In this document: positions 8,110-18,417 of the stretch, one piece after another
Layout of the letters: each line of letters opens with the position of its first letter
How positions within the stretch are numbered: position 1 is the stretch's first letter
Assembly (NCBI GenBank): GCA_048463395.1
Contig: DBFWPL010000019.1
Location: forward strand, 2,668-66,667
DNA length: 64,000 bases
Source: Alphaproteobacteria bacterium
GTDB lineage: Bacteria > Pseudomonadota > Alphaproteobacteria > RF32 > CAG-239
Reading direction: 5' to 3'
Notes under the pieces: model-generated
Database searches by the model: none
Told to the model about the DNA's origin: nothing
What the model saw: the letters and a program-made list of their open reading frames with translations, nothing else
Program-made: the position numbers and the translations under genes

Positions 8110-9242
8110 TAGCCTGCTCCCATGGAACTGGTAATTTGATCTTGCATTTCAAACACGCCCATAACCGCCCAGGCGATAACGCCGCCCACGGAAAGCAAGG
8201 CGGCCATGTTTAAAATAGCCGCTTTTTGCTCAATCATGTAAACGGATTCGTCCAGCCAGTCGTTGGCAAGTTTTTCCAAAGCTTCTTCAAAGTTGTCCAA
8301 TTCCGAATAAATCTTCAGGTCGCTGATAATCTCGGCATCCGGAAAGTCCAATCCCGTTTTTGCCAAAGCCTGCCCCAGGTTATCACCGTTGTTGATGTGC
8401 ACAAGAGTCTCATCAATGCGTTCTTTCAAATAACTGTTTGAATCTCTTCTTAATGCTCTTAACGAGGTTGAAACCGGCGTACCGCTCTTGACCAAGGCGG
8501 AAAGAGCCAATAGCCAGCTGATGCCGGAAAAGACTTTGTACAAAGACCAAGGCGGAATGCTGTCAAAAAAAGCTCTGATTCTTCCCGTCCAAATACCGAT
8601 GGTTCCGTAAATAATAATCATGACAATCGGGAGAGCCGAGAATGCAACAAGCCAGTATTGGGCAATCCAGTCTGATATATCCACCAATGTCTTGGCGGTG
8701 CCTCTCCACCGAACGGTCGGAGCGGCGTCAATCATCGGCGGCACCATGTAAACGCCGATACCGTAAATAATCAAAATCGCCATCATAAACAAAAAGGTCG
8801 GGTAGGTAATGGCTCCGATAATCGGGCGAACCATTTTGGTAGAACCTTCCGTAACACGGATAAGGTTTAACAACGCTCCTTCCAAATCGGAAACGTCGCC
8901 CACGGAAAGCATAAGGCGTTCACGGTTTGGAGCCCAGCCTTTCAGTGCGTCGGAAAACGGGAGACCATTTTGCAAAGCTTTACCCCAGCTGGCAATGGCG
9001 ATTGCCAACGGTTCGCTCGGATTCTTTCCGCCGTTGCTCACACTGTCGTGTAAAAGGTCTAACGCGTCCATTAATGAAAAGCGGTTACGCATCAAAGACG
9101 CCAGCTTACGATAAATTTTCAATCTGGTGTCGTTTGAAAACTGACAAATCATCTTGGCATAATAAACTTCAATCGTATTCAGCTGCCGCATAGCCTTTGC
9201 AAGGGACGCTGTTTGACGCTTTTTTTTCTCTTCTTCAGCCAT
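8109..9242 (-). CDS. GspF/PilC-family inner-membrane platform protein (R64 PilR / BfpE / TcpE-like)
   Basis: 377 aa. Cytoplasmic N-domain followed by three TM helices and a repeated cytoplasmic domain, the typical T2SS_F topology. Confidence 0.75.
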   Translation of the reverse strand: MAEEEKKKRQTASLAKAMRQLNTIEVYYAKMICQFSNDTRLKIYRKLASLMRNRFSLMDALDLLHDSVSNGGKNPSEPLAIAIASWGKALQNGLPFSDALKGWAPNRERLMLSVGDVSDLEGALLNLIRVTEGSTKMVRPIIGAITYPTFLFMMAILIIYGIGVYMVPPMIDAAPTVRWRGTAKTLVDISDWIAQYWLVAFSALPIVMIIIYGTIGIWTGRIRAFFDSIPPWSLYKVFSGISWLLALSALVKSGTPVSTSLRALRRDSNSYLKERIDETLVHINNGDNLGQALAKTGLDFPDAEIISDLKIYSELDNFEEALEKLANDWLDESVYMIEQKAAILNMAALLSVGGVIAWAVMGVFEMQDQITSSMGAG

Positions 9243-9267
9243 TTTTGATTTTGCTCCTTAAAATTAA

Positions 9268-10917
9268 CTAGTAAGCCGGACGTTGATCCAACAGACCGCA
9301 CCAACGTTCAACTTCGTCCAAATCAATATATCCTTTTAACATTCGCTCAATGGCGGCTTCTTTTAAGGTGCGGCCGTTCAAATCGCTTGTCCAGTAGTCA
9401 ATGGCTTTTCTGGTCTCACCCTTAATCATCAGTTCCAAAAACATGGCGTCCGGCAAAATGATTTCCGGCACGCTCATACGTCCTTTAACGCCTCTGTTAT
9501 CGCAGTATTTACATCCCGGACCGCGGACAAACGTGTTTTCCACGCCAAAGTCGCCCAACGCAACGCGAAGCCTTTGCACCGAAGGGTCGTTCAGCTTTTC
9601 TTTTACCGACATTCGGCAGTGAGGGCAAAGTTTACGGAACAAACGTTGTGAAATCAAGCCTTTCATCAACTCAGGGTCAACGAGTTTAAACGGTTCAACG
9701 CCCATGTCGCGGAGACGCATTAAAATTGCCGGAGCAGAGTTGGCGTGCAAAGTGGACCACATTCCGTGTCCGGACAATGCTCCTTGGAAAGTCAATTGGG
9801 CGGCCGCAAGGGCACGAATCTCACCCACCATAATAACGTCCGGGTCGGAACGCAGAGCGGCAGACAAAGCTTTGGTAAACTGTTCGGCCTTTTCTTCTTC
9901 GGTATTGGCGTTGGTAACCGGCATTTGTCTTGCTCCCGGAATAGGATACTCCGGCGGATCTTCCACCGTCAAAAGGTTAAGTTCATAATTTTTCTCCTGC
10001 AACAGCTTAATCATGTTTCTTTGCAGGGTGGTTGATTTTCCCGATCCCGTCGGTCCGGCAATAATATTCAAGCCTACCGGAACTGCCCGCAAGCGGTAAA
10101 ACAGGTTTTCTTCATATTCACCGAAACCCAGAGCCGACAAATCGCCGCTTCCGTCCGGATTGTCATCGGCATATAACAAACGCATAACCAGATATTGCGA
10201 ACCGAAGGCAATCGGGTTAAATTGCAGACGAATAGCCAACACGTTGTGCGGCAGCATTAATTTTCCTTTGGAACCTCTCAGCGGAGTGGAACCAAGCTTT
10301 TGGGCTCCCTGAAACTCGTTTTGGGCATAGTTTGCGTCTGAAATATCCGCGGAGGCAAATGCAGCACGGACAAAGGATTCCCCCCATTCCTTATTATATT
10401 CCATTTCCGTTTGCATCATACCGTTGACGCGAAACATAATCTGGGTACTGTCGGCAACGACAATGTGAATATCGGACACTTTTTGCGAGGCGGCTCTGGC
10501 AACCACGTTGACAAAGTCCTTCTGCATTTGCAGCTGGTCAAGGTCGGCATCATTCTCTACAACGGCTTGATTACGTTCGCCATATGCATAAATAGCATTC
10601 AGCTCGTTTTGAGAAACATATTTTGGCTTGAGTAAGTTTAACTTTTTCTTACGAACCAGAACTTCAAAGCTTAAGACGCGTCCGTCAAACTTATGCGTTT
10701 CCGAAACCAGGTATTGTCCGTCGGAAAACAAGGCGACAAGACGCCTGGTATCGTCATTGATGACTAATGAGGAACCCGGAAGAGTTAATAAACGATTACC
10801 GTTTCCGAAATATCCTTCAAACAGGTTTTGCGGCTTTTTTTCTTCATCCCCGCTTTCTGCTAAATCCGGATTTTTTTCTTTCTCTTCTGCAACATTATTT
10901 TTTTCTTCGTCAGCCAT
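9268..10917 (-). CDS. GspE/PilB-family assembly ATPase (R64 PilQ / BfpD / TcpT-like)
   Basis: 549 aa. Walker A GPTGSGKSTT, DVIMVGEIR, His box STLHAN, and Zn tetracysteine CPHC...CKYC. Confidence 0.85.
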   Translation of the reverse strand: MADEEKNNVAEEKEKNPDLAESGDEEKKPQNLFEGYFGNGNRLLTLPGSSLVINDDTRRLVALFSDGQYLVSETHKFDGRVLSFEVLVRKKKLNLLKPKYVSQNELNAIYAYGERNQAVVENDADLDQLQMQKDFVNVVARAASQKVSDIHIVVADSTQIMFRVNGMMQTEMEYNKEWGESFVRAAFASADISDANYAQNEFQGAQKLGSTPLRGSKGKLMLPHNVLAIRLQFNPIAFGSQYLVMRLLYADDNPDGSGDLSALGFGEYEENLFYRLRAVPVGLNIIAGPTGSGKSTTLQRNMIKLLQEKNYELNLLTVEDPPEYPIPGARQMPVTNANTEEEKAEQFTKALSAALRSDPDVIMVGEIRALAAAQLTFQGALSGHGMWSTLHANSAPAILMRLRDMGVEPFKLVDPELMKGLISQRLFRKLCPHCRMSVKEKLNDPSVQRLRVALGDFGVENTFVRGPGCKYCDNRGVKGRMSVPEIILPDAMFLELMIKGETRKAIDYWTSDLNGRTLKEAAIERMLKGYIDLDEVERWCGLLDQRPAY

Positions 10918-10925
10918 TTGCCGAA

Positions 10926-12332
10926 TTACCTAACAAACATGCCTTTTCCGAGGCTGGGGATACCGTCTGATACTTGTAAGTTGCTCCCCTCTTCAGAAGC
11001 GTCGGCTTTTTTGTCTTTGTCTTTTTTAACGGCAGGTTTCTTTGCCGGTTCTTTTTCAAGAATACCGCCGGCTGCAAAATACAGATAATCTTTCACACCG
11101 TTCTTTTCAGCCCTGACGTATGTTTGTGTAATTTCATCTACAACATGACCGCTTTGTAAAGATGTTCCCTTGCGGACAAGGAATGAATCTCCGCCTTTGT
11201 TAATCAATTTGGCTGCCAATGCGTCGCCTTTGCCAATAATTTCCATAACGGCATATTCTTCAGGAAGCTTGATAACGACTTCTTCCTCAACCGGTTTGGC
11301 AGCCTCTTCCGTTGCAGCTTGTGCAAACGGATTGGCTTTGCTGTTTTCTTTCTCGGCTCTTTCGGCTTCCAAACGGGCTTTCAAGATGGAAATCTGAGTT
11401 TGCAGATTGGCAATTTCCCGATTATAATTTGTTCGGGCGGTTTCTGCGTCTTTACTGGTTTTTGCGGCTAAAGTCGCAAGATAATTTACTTTTTTCTTAA
11501 AGTCGTTAATTTGGTTTTCTTTTTCTTCTTCGACTTTGGATAATTCGTCATAGATACCTTCGTTGTTTTTAATCCACTCTTGTGTGGAAGCCAGCATACT
11601 TTCTTTATAGGCATTCAGAATTTTTTCCTGACGAAGTTTTTCCAATGCCAGAGAAATTTCCTTAAGCTTTTGTTTTTCTTGCAAAAGCTTTCTTTCCTGC
11701 TCTTTTTCCCATTCTAATTTTTTCCGCTCTTTTTCTTCTTCTTTGGTTTTAACCTCGTCAATGGCTTTTTGACGTTGGGCTTTGATGGCCTCAATTTCAT
11801 TTCTGATTTTTTCACGTCTTAGTTCCAAAGTTAGCAGAGCGGTCTGTTTTTCCAAATCAGACATTTGGGAAAACAGCTCGTTGTCGATTTGATTTAAGAG
11901 AATGTCTCCTGATGTGTCGATGGCCGATATGTTACGGGATGTTGCGGAAATGCCTTCCTGCAACTCATCGTCCTGGTCAGCAGGAGCCGGTAAAGAAATA
12001 GGGGCACTATCCGCAGGTTCCATCTCCGGCATAACCGGAGTATTGGCTTCAAAATCTGTTTGCGGAGAAGGAAATTGTCCGCCCGGATTAATCAAATCGT
12101 CAGACGGTTCCGTTGTCGCGTCATCTTCGCTGTTATTTGTTTCAAACAAAGCAATTTCATCCGGAATTGAGCTGTCAACCCCCAGAAAATTATCATTATC
12201 TTCATTGCTGAGTTGAGGAGCCTCGTCAGCCAAGGTAACGGTTCCTTGTGCATAAGCGGCTTGTCCGGCGGCTAATCCCCAGACAAAAGCAATTGCCGTT
12301 GAGCACAAAATCTTTCTTAAATTATAAAACAT
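10926..12332 (-). CDS. secreted acidic/coiled-coil pilus biogenesis protein
   Basis: 468 aa. Signal peptide (AIAFVWGLAAGQAAYAQG). An acidic disordered stretch is followed by a long E/K/R-rich coiled coil and a small C-terminal domain. Sits between the ATPase and PilO-like genes. Confidence 0.45.
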   Translation of the reverse strand: MFYNLRKILCSTAIAFVWGLAAGQAAYAQGTVTLADEAPQLSNEDNDNFLGVDSSIPDEIALFETNNSEDDATTEPSDDLINPGGQFPSPQTDFEANTPVMPEMEPADSAPISLPAPADQDDELQEGISATSRNISAIDTSGDILLNQIDNELFSQMSDLEKQTALLTLELRREKIRNEIEAIKAQRQKAIDEVKTKEEEKERKKLEWEKEQERKLLQEKQKLKEISLALEKLRQEKILNAYKESMLASTQEWIKNNEGIYDELSKVEEEKENQINDFKKKVNYLATLAAKTSKDAETARTNYNREIANLQTQISILKARLEAERAEKENSKANPFAQAATEEAAKPVEEEVVIKLPEEYAVMEIIGKGDALAAKLINKGGDSFLVRKGTSLQSGHVVDEITQTYVRAEKNGVKDYLYFAAGGILEKEPAKKPAVKKDKDKKADASEEGSNLQVSDGIPSLGKGMFVR

Positions 12333-13599
12333 AGATCGCTCCCTCGTAATCCCACATATCGTTACTGACGTTATAATTAATCATATTAATGGTAAGTCCT
12401 GAAAATTTTGTTAATAAATCCATCCATACCAGAGGATTATGGCTGGATGAAAACTTGAATTGTACAGAACTATATACATTATTCTGCGGAGAAACGTATG
12501 AAAAACTGCTCAAAACCACTTTTTGCCCGATGGCTTGAAACAAATCATTAAGTAAAACTTTTAAATCCTCGTCGCTTTTCATCGGCGGAGAAGAAATGAT
12601 TTCCACTTTTCCCAACGGAACAGAAGCAATAATGTTGTCTCCATTGTCAGAAACCGAACGACTGGAAAAAATCAGTCCGGAATCATCTAAGGCCTTGTTA
12701 ATCCAAGAAACACGGCCGATTTCCCTTTTCCAAGATGTTGTGATGCCTTCCGGCGTGCAAGTCAGATTGTTAATAGTCCATCCCGGCGGCAGAATTTTTT
12801 TCAAAGCCTCAATGCCGTAATAGCACCATTTTATAACATCGTTCGGGCGGTTAACCTTCTCCCAAGGTTTAATTTCCGGCGGCTCTTCAACCTGCTTGAC
12901 AACTTTCGGCGGAATTGGAGCTATAATCGGCCTTTTCGGCGGAGCCAGAAAAATTCCGTTGATAATACTGGATAACAGCCACAAGCCGATAATTGCCGAA
13001 ATAACAACAACGATTAAGAGCTTAGTGCCTCGTAACGCCTTAATCTTTTGCAGCTTGGCTCTCAGGCCTTTATTTAATAATTGTGTAAGATCAGGATATT
13101 CCGTTTCTTCAATGCCCCATTCAGGCGGAGCAATTTTTCTGCCCCAGTCCGGAACGGCCAACATCGACATGAACTGTTCTTTGGCTTCCTGTTCGGACAA
13201 AAACAGCATATCGCCGTCAGACAAAATGATGTCGTTACGAATACAGGTATACCACCATCCGTTGTCGACTTTGAATACGGCAACAAAAGAAGAACGGTCT
13301 GAAAGGGCTGTGGCTAATGTTACGGCAGCAACATTGTCGCCCTTTTTATAACCTTCACCGGAAACACAGATACCGAATTGAGGGGCTTTCCCCGGTTTGA
13401 TACAGAATAAATCGGCACCTTCCAGAATACCTTCGGAAGCTTCTTCCACCTCGTTAAACGGATCATCCTTGTTTTGCAGAGGCTGCCAGAACAAGCTGGT
13501 TGCGTAAGATACGCCGGCAACGGTAATATTCGTTCCCCAGGAACGCTGCTTACCTCCGTTTTCGTAATCTTCATCTAATAACTTTGCTTCTTCCAGCAC
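12322..13599 (-). CDS. PilO-like (IncI thin-pilus type) bitopic pilus assembly protein
   Basis: 425 aa. Cytoplasmic N-domain, a central TM (LLIVVVISAIIGLWLLSSIINGIFL) and a periplasmic C-domain. Size and position match R64 PilO and BfpC. Confidence 0.4.
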   Translation of the reverse strand: MLEEAKLLDEDYENGGKQRSWGTNITVAGVSYATSLFWQPLQNKDDPFNEVEEASEGILEGADLFCIKPGKAPQFGICVSGEGYKKGDNVAAVTLATALSDRSSFVAVFKVDNGWWYTCIRNDIILSDGDMLFLSEQEAKEQFMSMLAVPDWGRKIAPPEWGIEETEYPDLTQLLNKGLRAKLQKIKALRGTKLLIVVVISAIIGLWLLSSIINGIFLAPPKRPIIAPIPPKVVKQVEEPPEIKPWEKVNRPNDVIKWCYYGIEALKKILPPGWTINNLTCTPEGITTSWKREIGRVSWINKALDDSGLIFSSRSVSDNGDNIIASVPLGKVEIISSPPMKSDEDLKVLLNDLFQAIGQKVVLSSFSYVSPQNNVYSSVQFKFSSSHNPLVWMDLLTKFSGLTINMINYNVSNDMWDYEGAIYVL

Positions 13600-13614
13600 C
13601 GTTTTATCCTTTTC

Positions 13615-15231
13615 TTAAAACTGATCTTTCATTCTGGATTCCGGTGTTAAAGGTGAATCCAAAACAACCGGAGTTAAGATAATGACCAGAATATTTCTTG
13701 TTTTGTCGGCAGTTGCCGTACCGCCGAACAAAGAGTTTTCTGCTGACCCGACCCCTGTTTTTTCAGCTTTGTTCTCAACACGTTCATAACCTGTCAAGAC
13801 CAAAGATTCTCCGGATTTTAACGCAACTTCCTGCGTAAAGCCGCGAGATTCGATAACCGGGTTTTGGATGTATTGTCCGTCTGACCCTTCACCGCTGCCG
13901 CCTAAGTCAACTCTTTCAAGTTGAAGCAGGTCAGACAAAGTCAGGTTGAACATTAACAACATGCGTCCGTGTTCCAAAATACGCGGCAGAATATCCATTG
14001 TGAAACCGGTTTCGATTTCTTCGGTCTCTGTTGAGATATCATAGTAGCTGGCATCACCGCCGCTGTTGGTCTTGGTAATTTCAGAAATATAGTTTTGTTT
14101 TCTGACAACCTGAATAGGAGCCGGTTTGTTATTCAAAGTAGTAACCGTACCGCTGGTAATCAAATTGGTTGTTCCTTGTGTGGACAAGGCCTGAATGGCT
14201 CCGTCAACAGTCCAGTCTCCGGACAAGACCTTCATGCTTAAATTGTTGGTTACATCAGTCCCCAATCCCGGAACACTGGCAATTGTACCGGAAAGTTTAT
14301 TTTTATCATCAAAGATAGCGGAAAGATTTAAACCATATTGGTCGCTGTCTTCAATATTGACCTGCAGAACTTTGACGCTGATGGCAACTTGTCTGGACAA
14401 ACGGGCATTTTGTTCATTAATGAACTTTGCCACTTTTCTGATGTCATTCGGTGTCGCTGTCAATGAAATTGTTCCGTTTGCCGGATCCAAAGTCAGTTTG
14501 GCATCCTTGGAAATCATTGATGTAATGGATTTTTCAATATTTCCCCATAACTCAATGGAAATGGAGCTGGACAAACCGATAGAGGAGGTGCCCTCGCTTC
14601 CTGATGACGAGCCGCCGACATTGACGTTCAATGTTGGCTTTGTCGGCAGAGAGTAAAGGACAAACGTTCTGGTAATATACTTATAAAAATATATTTCTTT
14701 CTTTTCATAAGACCACCAAATGCCGAAACGGGATGAAATTTCATCCAACAAACCGCTTAAAGGCCCTTGATAAGAAACCAGCATTTTGCTTGGTTCCGTC
14801 CAGTCTGAATTAATCGTTTCCGGATTAGGCTTGTTAGACGCCGCAGTTTTGAAGGCATCTTCTTCAAGCTGAGGAGAAAATCTGATTTTCAAAGAAGTGA
14901 TTTTATTAATCATATCGCCGATTTCATACAAAGTAATCGGACGGTTGCTGATTAAGGTAATGCCGTCTTTCCCTTCAAGGTAAGAAGGCAAAGGCTCTCC
15001 TTCATACTCAATCTCGCTGGTATCGCCCAGCCAGATATCATTTTTTACCCGCACAACATCGTCTGAGGAGGGTTTTGTCGGGATTTTTGCGGCTTCTTTG
15101 AGCTGTGTTGCAGCTTCTACTTCCCGCTCAATTGTTGCGTCCAAACTGGTAGACAGGGAACAAGAGGCGATTAACGCTGCAAGTGCTGCTCCTAAACTAC
15201 ATTTTGCCCAATTATTCATATGCATTCTCAT
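13615..15231 (-). CDS. lipoprotein secretin (R64 PilN / BfpB / TcpC class)
   Basis: 538 aa. Lipobox IASC in the signal peptide. C-terminal secretin signature ...SLFGGTATADKTRNILVIILTPVVLDS. Confidence 0.75.
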   Translation of the reverse strand: MRMHMNNWAKCSLGAALAALIASCSLSTSLDATIEREVEAATQLKEAAKIPTKPSSDDVVRVKNDIWLGDTSEIEYEGEPLPSYLEGKDGITLISNRPITLYEIGDMINKITSLKIRFSPQLEEDAFKTAASNKPNPETINSDWTEPSKMLVSYQGPLSGLLDEISSRFGIWWSYEKKEIYFYKYITRTFVLYSLPTKPTLNVNVGGSSSGSEGTSSIGLSSSISIELWGNIEKSITSMISKDAKLTLDPANGTISLTATPNDIRKVAKFINEQNARLSRQVAISVKVLQVNIEDSDQYGLNLSAIFDDKNKLSGTIASVPGLGTDVTNNLSMKVLSGDWTVDGAIQALSTQGTTNLITSGTVTTLNNKPAPIQVVRKQNYISEITKTNSGGDASYYDISTETEEIETGFTMDILPRILEHGRMLLMFNLTLSDLLQLERVDLGGSGEGSDGQYIQNPVIESRGFTQEVALKSGESLVLTGYERVENKAEKTGVGSAENSLFGGTATADKTRNILVIILTPVVLDSPLTPESRMKDQF

Positions 15232-15862
15232 CCTCCATTGTCTCTACGACCAAGACGCGGTTTCCTTTATAAAATGTTGCGATCGGAGCCGGACGTGCTC
15301 TGGCAAAAGCTCTGATAAGAGCAGAACTTACATCCGCAAAACGTCCTCTGAACATTGCTCCGGCGGTTAGAGTATAATTTCTGTTACTTTTCCAAATCAG
15401 TCTCCAGCCGGCTCTTTCGCTCCATTCCGTCAGCAATGTTTTAAGAGACTGTCCTTCTTCTGCCAGCCAGTCTTCAACAGGATCTTCGGCGGAATAGCTG
15501 TCGCCGCTGTTACCGTTTCCGTTGTTTTCGGTAATTTTGATTTCCTCTTCGTAATCGACCACCTCGTCTTCAATGGCCGGAGGGATGGAAGACGACATAT
15601 TGCTTCCGGCTCCGGATTGAACAATATTTTGATCGCGGGGAGATCTTTCTCCGTATTCTTTATAATCGGCGGCAACTCTTGTGTAATTTACAAAATCACG
15701 ACCGGATGATGTATCCGCATCAAAACTTCCGCTTTGACAACTCGCGTCGGGACAAGGAACATTATCCGGCAGCTCATCCATTGGCTCAGCCATGGAGCCG
15801 GCACAGGCGGCAGTCAAAAACAATCCGAAAAAACAAGAGACTAGTCTTATTTTTGAGTCCAT
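15212..15862 (-). CDS. lipoprotein, pilus-associated (PilL/TcpQ-like position)
   Basis: The internal Met gives MDSKIRLVSCFFGLFLTAACAGS (lipobox LTAAC). The ORF track extends to 15907. Overlaps the secretin gene start. Confidence 0.45.
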   Translation of the reverse strand: MDSKIRLVSCFFGLFLTAACAGSMAEPMDELPDNVPCPDASCQSGSFDADTSSGRDFVNYTRVAADYKEYGERSPRDQNIVQSGAGSNMSSSIPPAIEDEVVDYEEEIKITENNGNGNSGDSYSAEDPVEDWLAEEGQSLKTLLTEWSERAGWRLIWKSNRNYTLTAGAMFRGRFADVSSALIRAFARARPAPIATFYKGNRVLVVETMEDENAYE

Positions 15863-15957
15863 ATTTATAATCCCTAAGCTGTATTTTGTCATATTTTTAC
15901 CTATCATACATATTGAAAATTAAATAATCAAGCACGACACTTCAGTTATTACCAAGG

Positions 15958-17709
15958 TTACCATTGCTGGTAATATTGTTGTATGCTGCGGTTATTTTCT
16001 TCTGTGCTCCTGTTAAAGTTGTTATTGATTCTTACGGTTCGTATAATAAATGAATTAGGTTCCCGGGTTGTGAATACAGTATTGATTTTGCTGTATTCTA
16101 CACCCTTATTGGTTAATATATTATGTAAAAGATTCAGTCTTTTCTGCTGTAAAGCGAAAGAGCTTGTTCCGTCGATGCGAATTTCCAGTCCGATAGATGA
16201 ATCTTCCAGGGTTTTGTTTGCAAAGGCCTGTATCCATTTCAGTGTTTGTCCCGATATTTCGGCTCGGTTAGGCTGGAATGAGAGCCTGATTTCCGTTGGC
16301 AGAATTTTTTGGGATGAACTGAATTTTTTTATTCTTCCCGATATCCGGTTGAAGAAATTGTCTTCTGCTTCGTCATCTTGGATATTGGCATTCTCCTTTG
16401 TGCTCTGCTCGGTTTTTTGAGCATCGTTTCCTGAGAAGATGGAAGTAATGCTTTTCAAGAAGCTGCTGGTTTTGGGAATAATGGTTGCAGGAGGTTCTTT
16501 TCCTTCAACTTTGATTTGATTTTGAGGAGCTTCTTTACTTTCGATAACTTCTTTTTCAAGATTGGCTTTTTCCTCCGAATTTGGAGAAACCAGTTGAGGA
16601 GTAAGATTTTCGTCATTGAGAATGTCTTCGGGGATAGGAATGAGGATATTTTTAACCATTCCTGAATCTGCCAGCAAGATTTCGTCTTCTTGCGATGAAA
16701 ATGGTGCGGAAGTTCTCAGAGCCTGCTGAATATTTTCTTTTTCTCCGTTTTTGTAGTACTCTTGGTCTAAAACACTGTTGTTTTTAGGATGCTTTGTTCC
16801 TTTCGCAACAACCCATGGCTCATTCGAGTTATTTTTTTCTTCCATAGTTGTCCAATTCGGGGTTTGTTGAGAATTGTCCCCCTCTGTTTTGACGGAGGAA
16901 GCAATCATGCTTTTAATCGGAATGTTTTTTTCGGCCAAAGCAAGCTGGTTCTGATCCGGAGAATTGATGATTTCTATTTTTTTGTTTGCTTTTGCTGTCG
17001 TTCCGTCCCTTTCTATCGGAATAAGCAAATCCGAAGAGCTTTCTTCTTTTGGTTGGGATGAATGTATCTCTTTGACCGGAATTAAGTTATTTGGCGTTCG
17101 GGCTTCTGCCACAAGAAACGCCTCGCCGTCTCCGGCTTGTTCCGGAAGTAAATCTGCCGGAGATTTATCGGTGATCTCCGGTTTTTCAGTCTCAAAAGGA
17201 AGAATGTTCAGCTCAGTCTCGTCTTTGGCAATGATAATTTCCGATTCATCAACGGGAGGGGTATTGTTGATGATTTTATCAAAGTTTTCGACGATTTTCT
17301 GAGGCTTCTGCTTTAGCCGGGGATCTATTTCCAGAGGGATAAACGAAATTTCCCTCAGATTTTTATCATTTTGAACTTGAGGGTTCTCGTCGGCGTCAGC
17401 TGAAGTCGATGAACCGGTTGTTTCTTCCCCGCTTCCGAAAGTTAAAGGAATGTCTTCTTGCAAAGAAAACCGAGAGGTTGAGTTTTTTTTCGGAAGGGTT
17501 AATGCAACTTTCTTCACCGGAATGACTTTTGACGAAGCGGTGCTTTTTAGCTCGTTTTTCAAGAAAAGGGTAATGTTTTTGTTTGAAATTTTAAGTTCGT
17601 CTGTACGAATGGAGCGGTTACGAAGATATACTCCGTTTACCGTAAAAATTGTAAACAGAGAAAAAACAAAGCTGCAAACAAACGTTTTTAAACTTGTCTT
17701 TTTCATCAA
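15958..17709 (-). CDS. large low-complexity membrane-anchored protein, first gene of pilus operon
   Basis: 583 aa. N-terminal hydrophobic segment. A long S/E/N/K/P-rich disordered region. A roughly 120-aa C-terminal folded domain (IRLSFQPNRAEISGQTLKWIQAFANK...). Confidence 0.4.
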   Translation of the reverse strand: MMKKTSLKTFVCSFVFSLFTIFTVNGVYLRNRSIRTDELKISNKNITLFLKNELKSTASSKVIPVKKVALTLPKKNSTSRFSLQEDIPLTFGSGEETTGSSTSADADENPQVQNDKNLREISFIPLEIDPRLKQKPQKIVENFDKIINNTPPVDESEIIIAKDETELNILPFETEKPEITDKSPADLLPEQAGDGEAFLVAEARTPNNLIPVKEIHSSQPKEESSSDLLIPIERDGTTAKANKKIEIINSPDQNQLALAEKNIPIKSMIASSVKTEGDNSQQTPNWTTMEEKNNSNEPWVVAKGTKHPKNNSVLDQEYYKNGEKENIQQALRTSAPFSSQEDEILLADSGMVKNILIPIPEDILNDENLTPQLVSPNSEEKANLEKEVIESKEAPQNQIKVEGKEPPATIIPKTSSFLKSITSIFSGNDAQKTEQSTKENANIQDDEAEDNFFNRISGRIKKFSSSQKILPTEIRLSFQPNRAEISGQTLKWIQAFANKTLEDSSIGLEIRIDGTSSFALQQKRLNLLHNILTNKGVEYSKINTVFTTREPNSFIIRTVRINNNFNRSTEENNRSIQQYYQQW

Positions 17710-18029
17710 AAATCAAAACCCCTCTAAACCCTTGATAATTCAATATGCGACTCTTGGCAAGAAGATATAAAATTATGCACAAAATTTGTGGATTCTTTTT
17801 TAGATATGATTCTGTTTTATTAGAGAAATATTTACTATTGGAGGTGTAAGAATAAGGGTGTTTATACTTCTTTAATAACTGTGAATTTTTTGTTACAGGG
17901 AAAAATATTATTGTAAATCAGATTGTTATCTGTTTTTTAGGAGAGAGAATATTGCTGGTAAAAAAGTTAAAAATTAGCTATCCTAAAAGAGTATAAGAAG
18001 TTTTGCTAAATTAATTAAGGAGAAAGATT

Positions 18030-18374
18030 ATGCAATTTTTGAAGAAAAATATTTGGACACTGAGCTGCATGGTGCTCATTTTGGCGATGGCTTTTGTAGG
18101 CGATGCATCCGCTGCCGCAGACGGTAACACTTTGATGGATACTGCCAAAACCAAAGCTAAAAGCGTGTTCACATCCGTTAAAACCATCATCTTCATTGTC
18201 GGTGGTTTCGGTTTGGTAGGTTTGGCTTGGGCCGCTATTTTCGGTAAAGTAAACTGGAAATGGTTTGCATCTTTGGCCGTTGGTCTGGCTATTTTGGCTG
18301 CTGCCGGTTCAATCGTTGAATACGCAACAGGTTCAAGAGATGCAGGTCTTGAAACTACATTCGGTGATATCTAG
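18030..18374 (+). CDS. VirB2/TrbC-family T4SS pilin, paralog a
   Basis: 114 aa. Signal peptide (AMAFVGDASA) followed by a two-TM hairpin IIFIVGGFGLVGLAWAAIFGKVNWKWFASLAVGLAILAAAGS. Strong RBS aggagaaag. Confidence 0.7.
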   Translation: MQFLKKNIWTLSCMVLILAMAFVGDASAAADGNTLMDTAKTKAKSVFTSVKTIIFIVGGFGLVGLAWAAIFGKVNWKWFASLAVGLAILAAAGSIVEYATGSRDAGLETTFGDI

Positions 18375-18417
18375 TCTTATGCCGAATAGGAAAGCATAAT
18401 TATAAAGGGAGGAAAAA

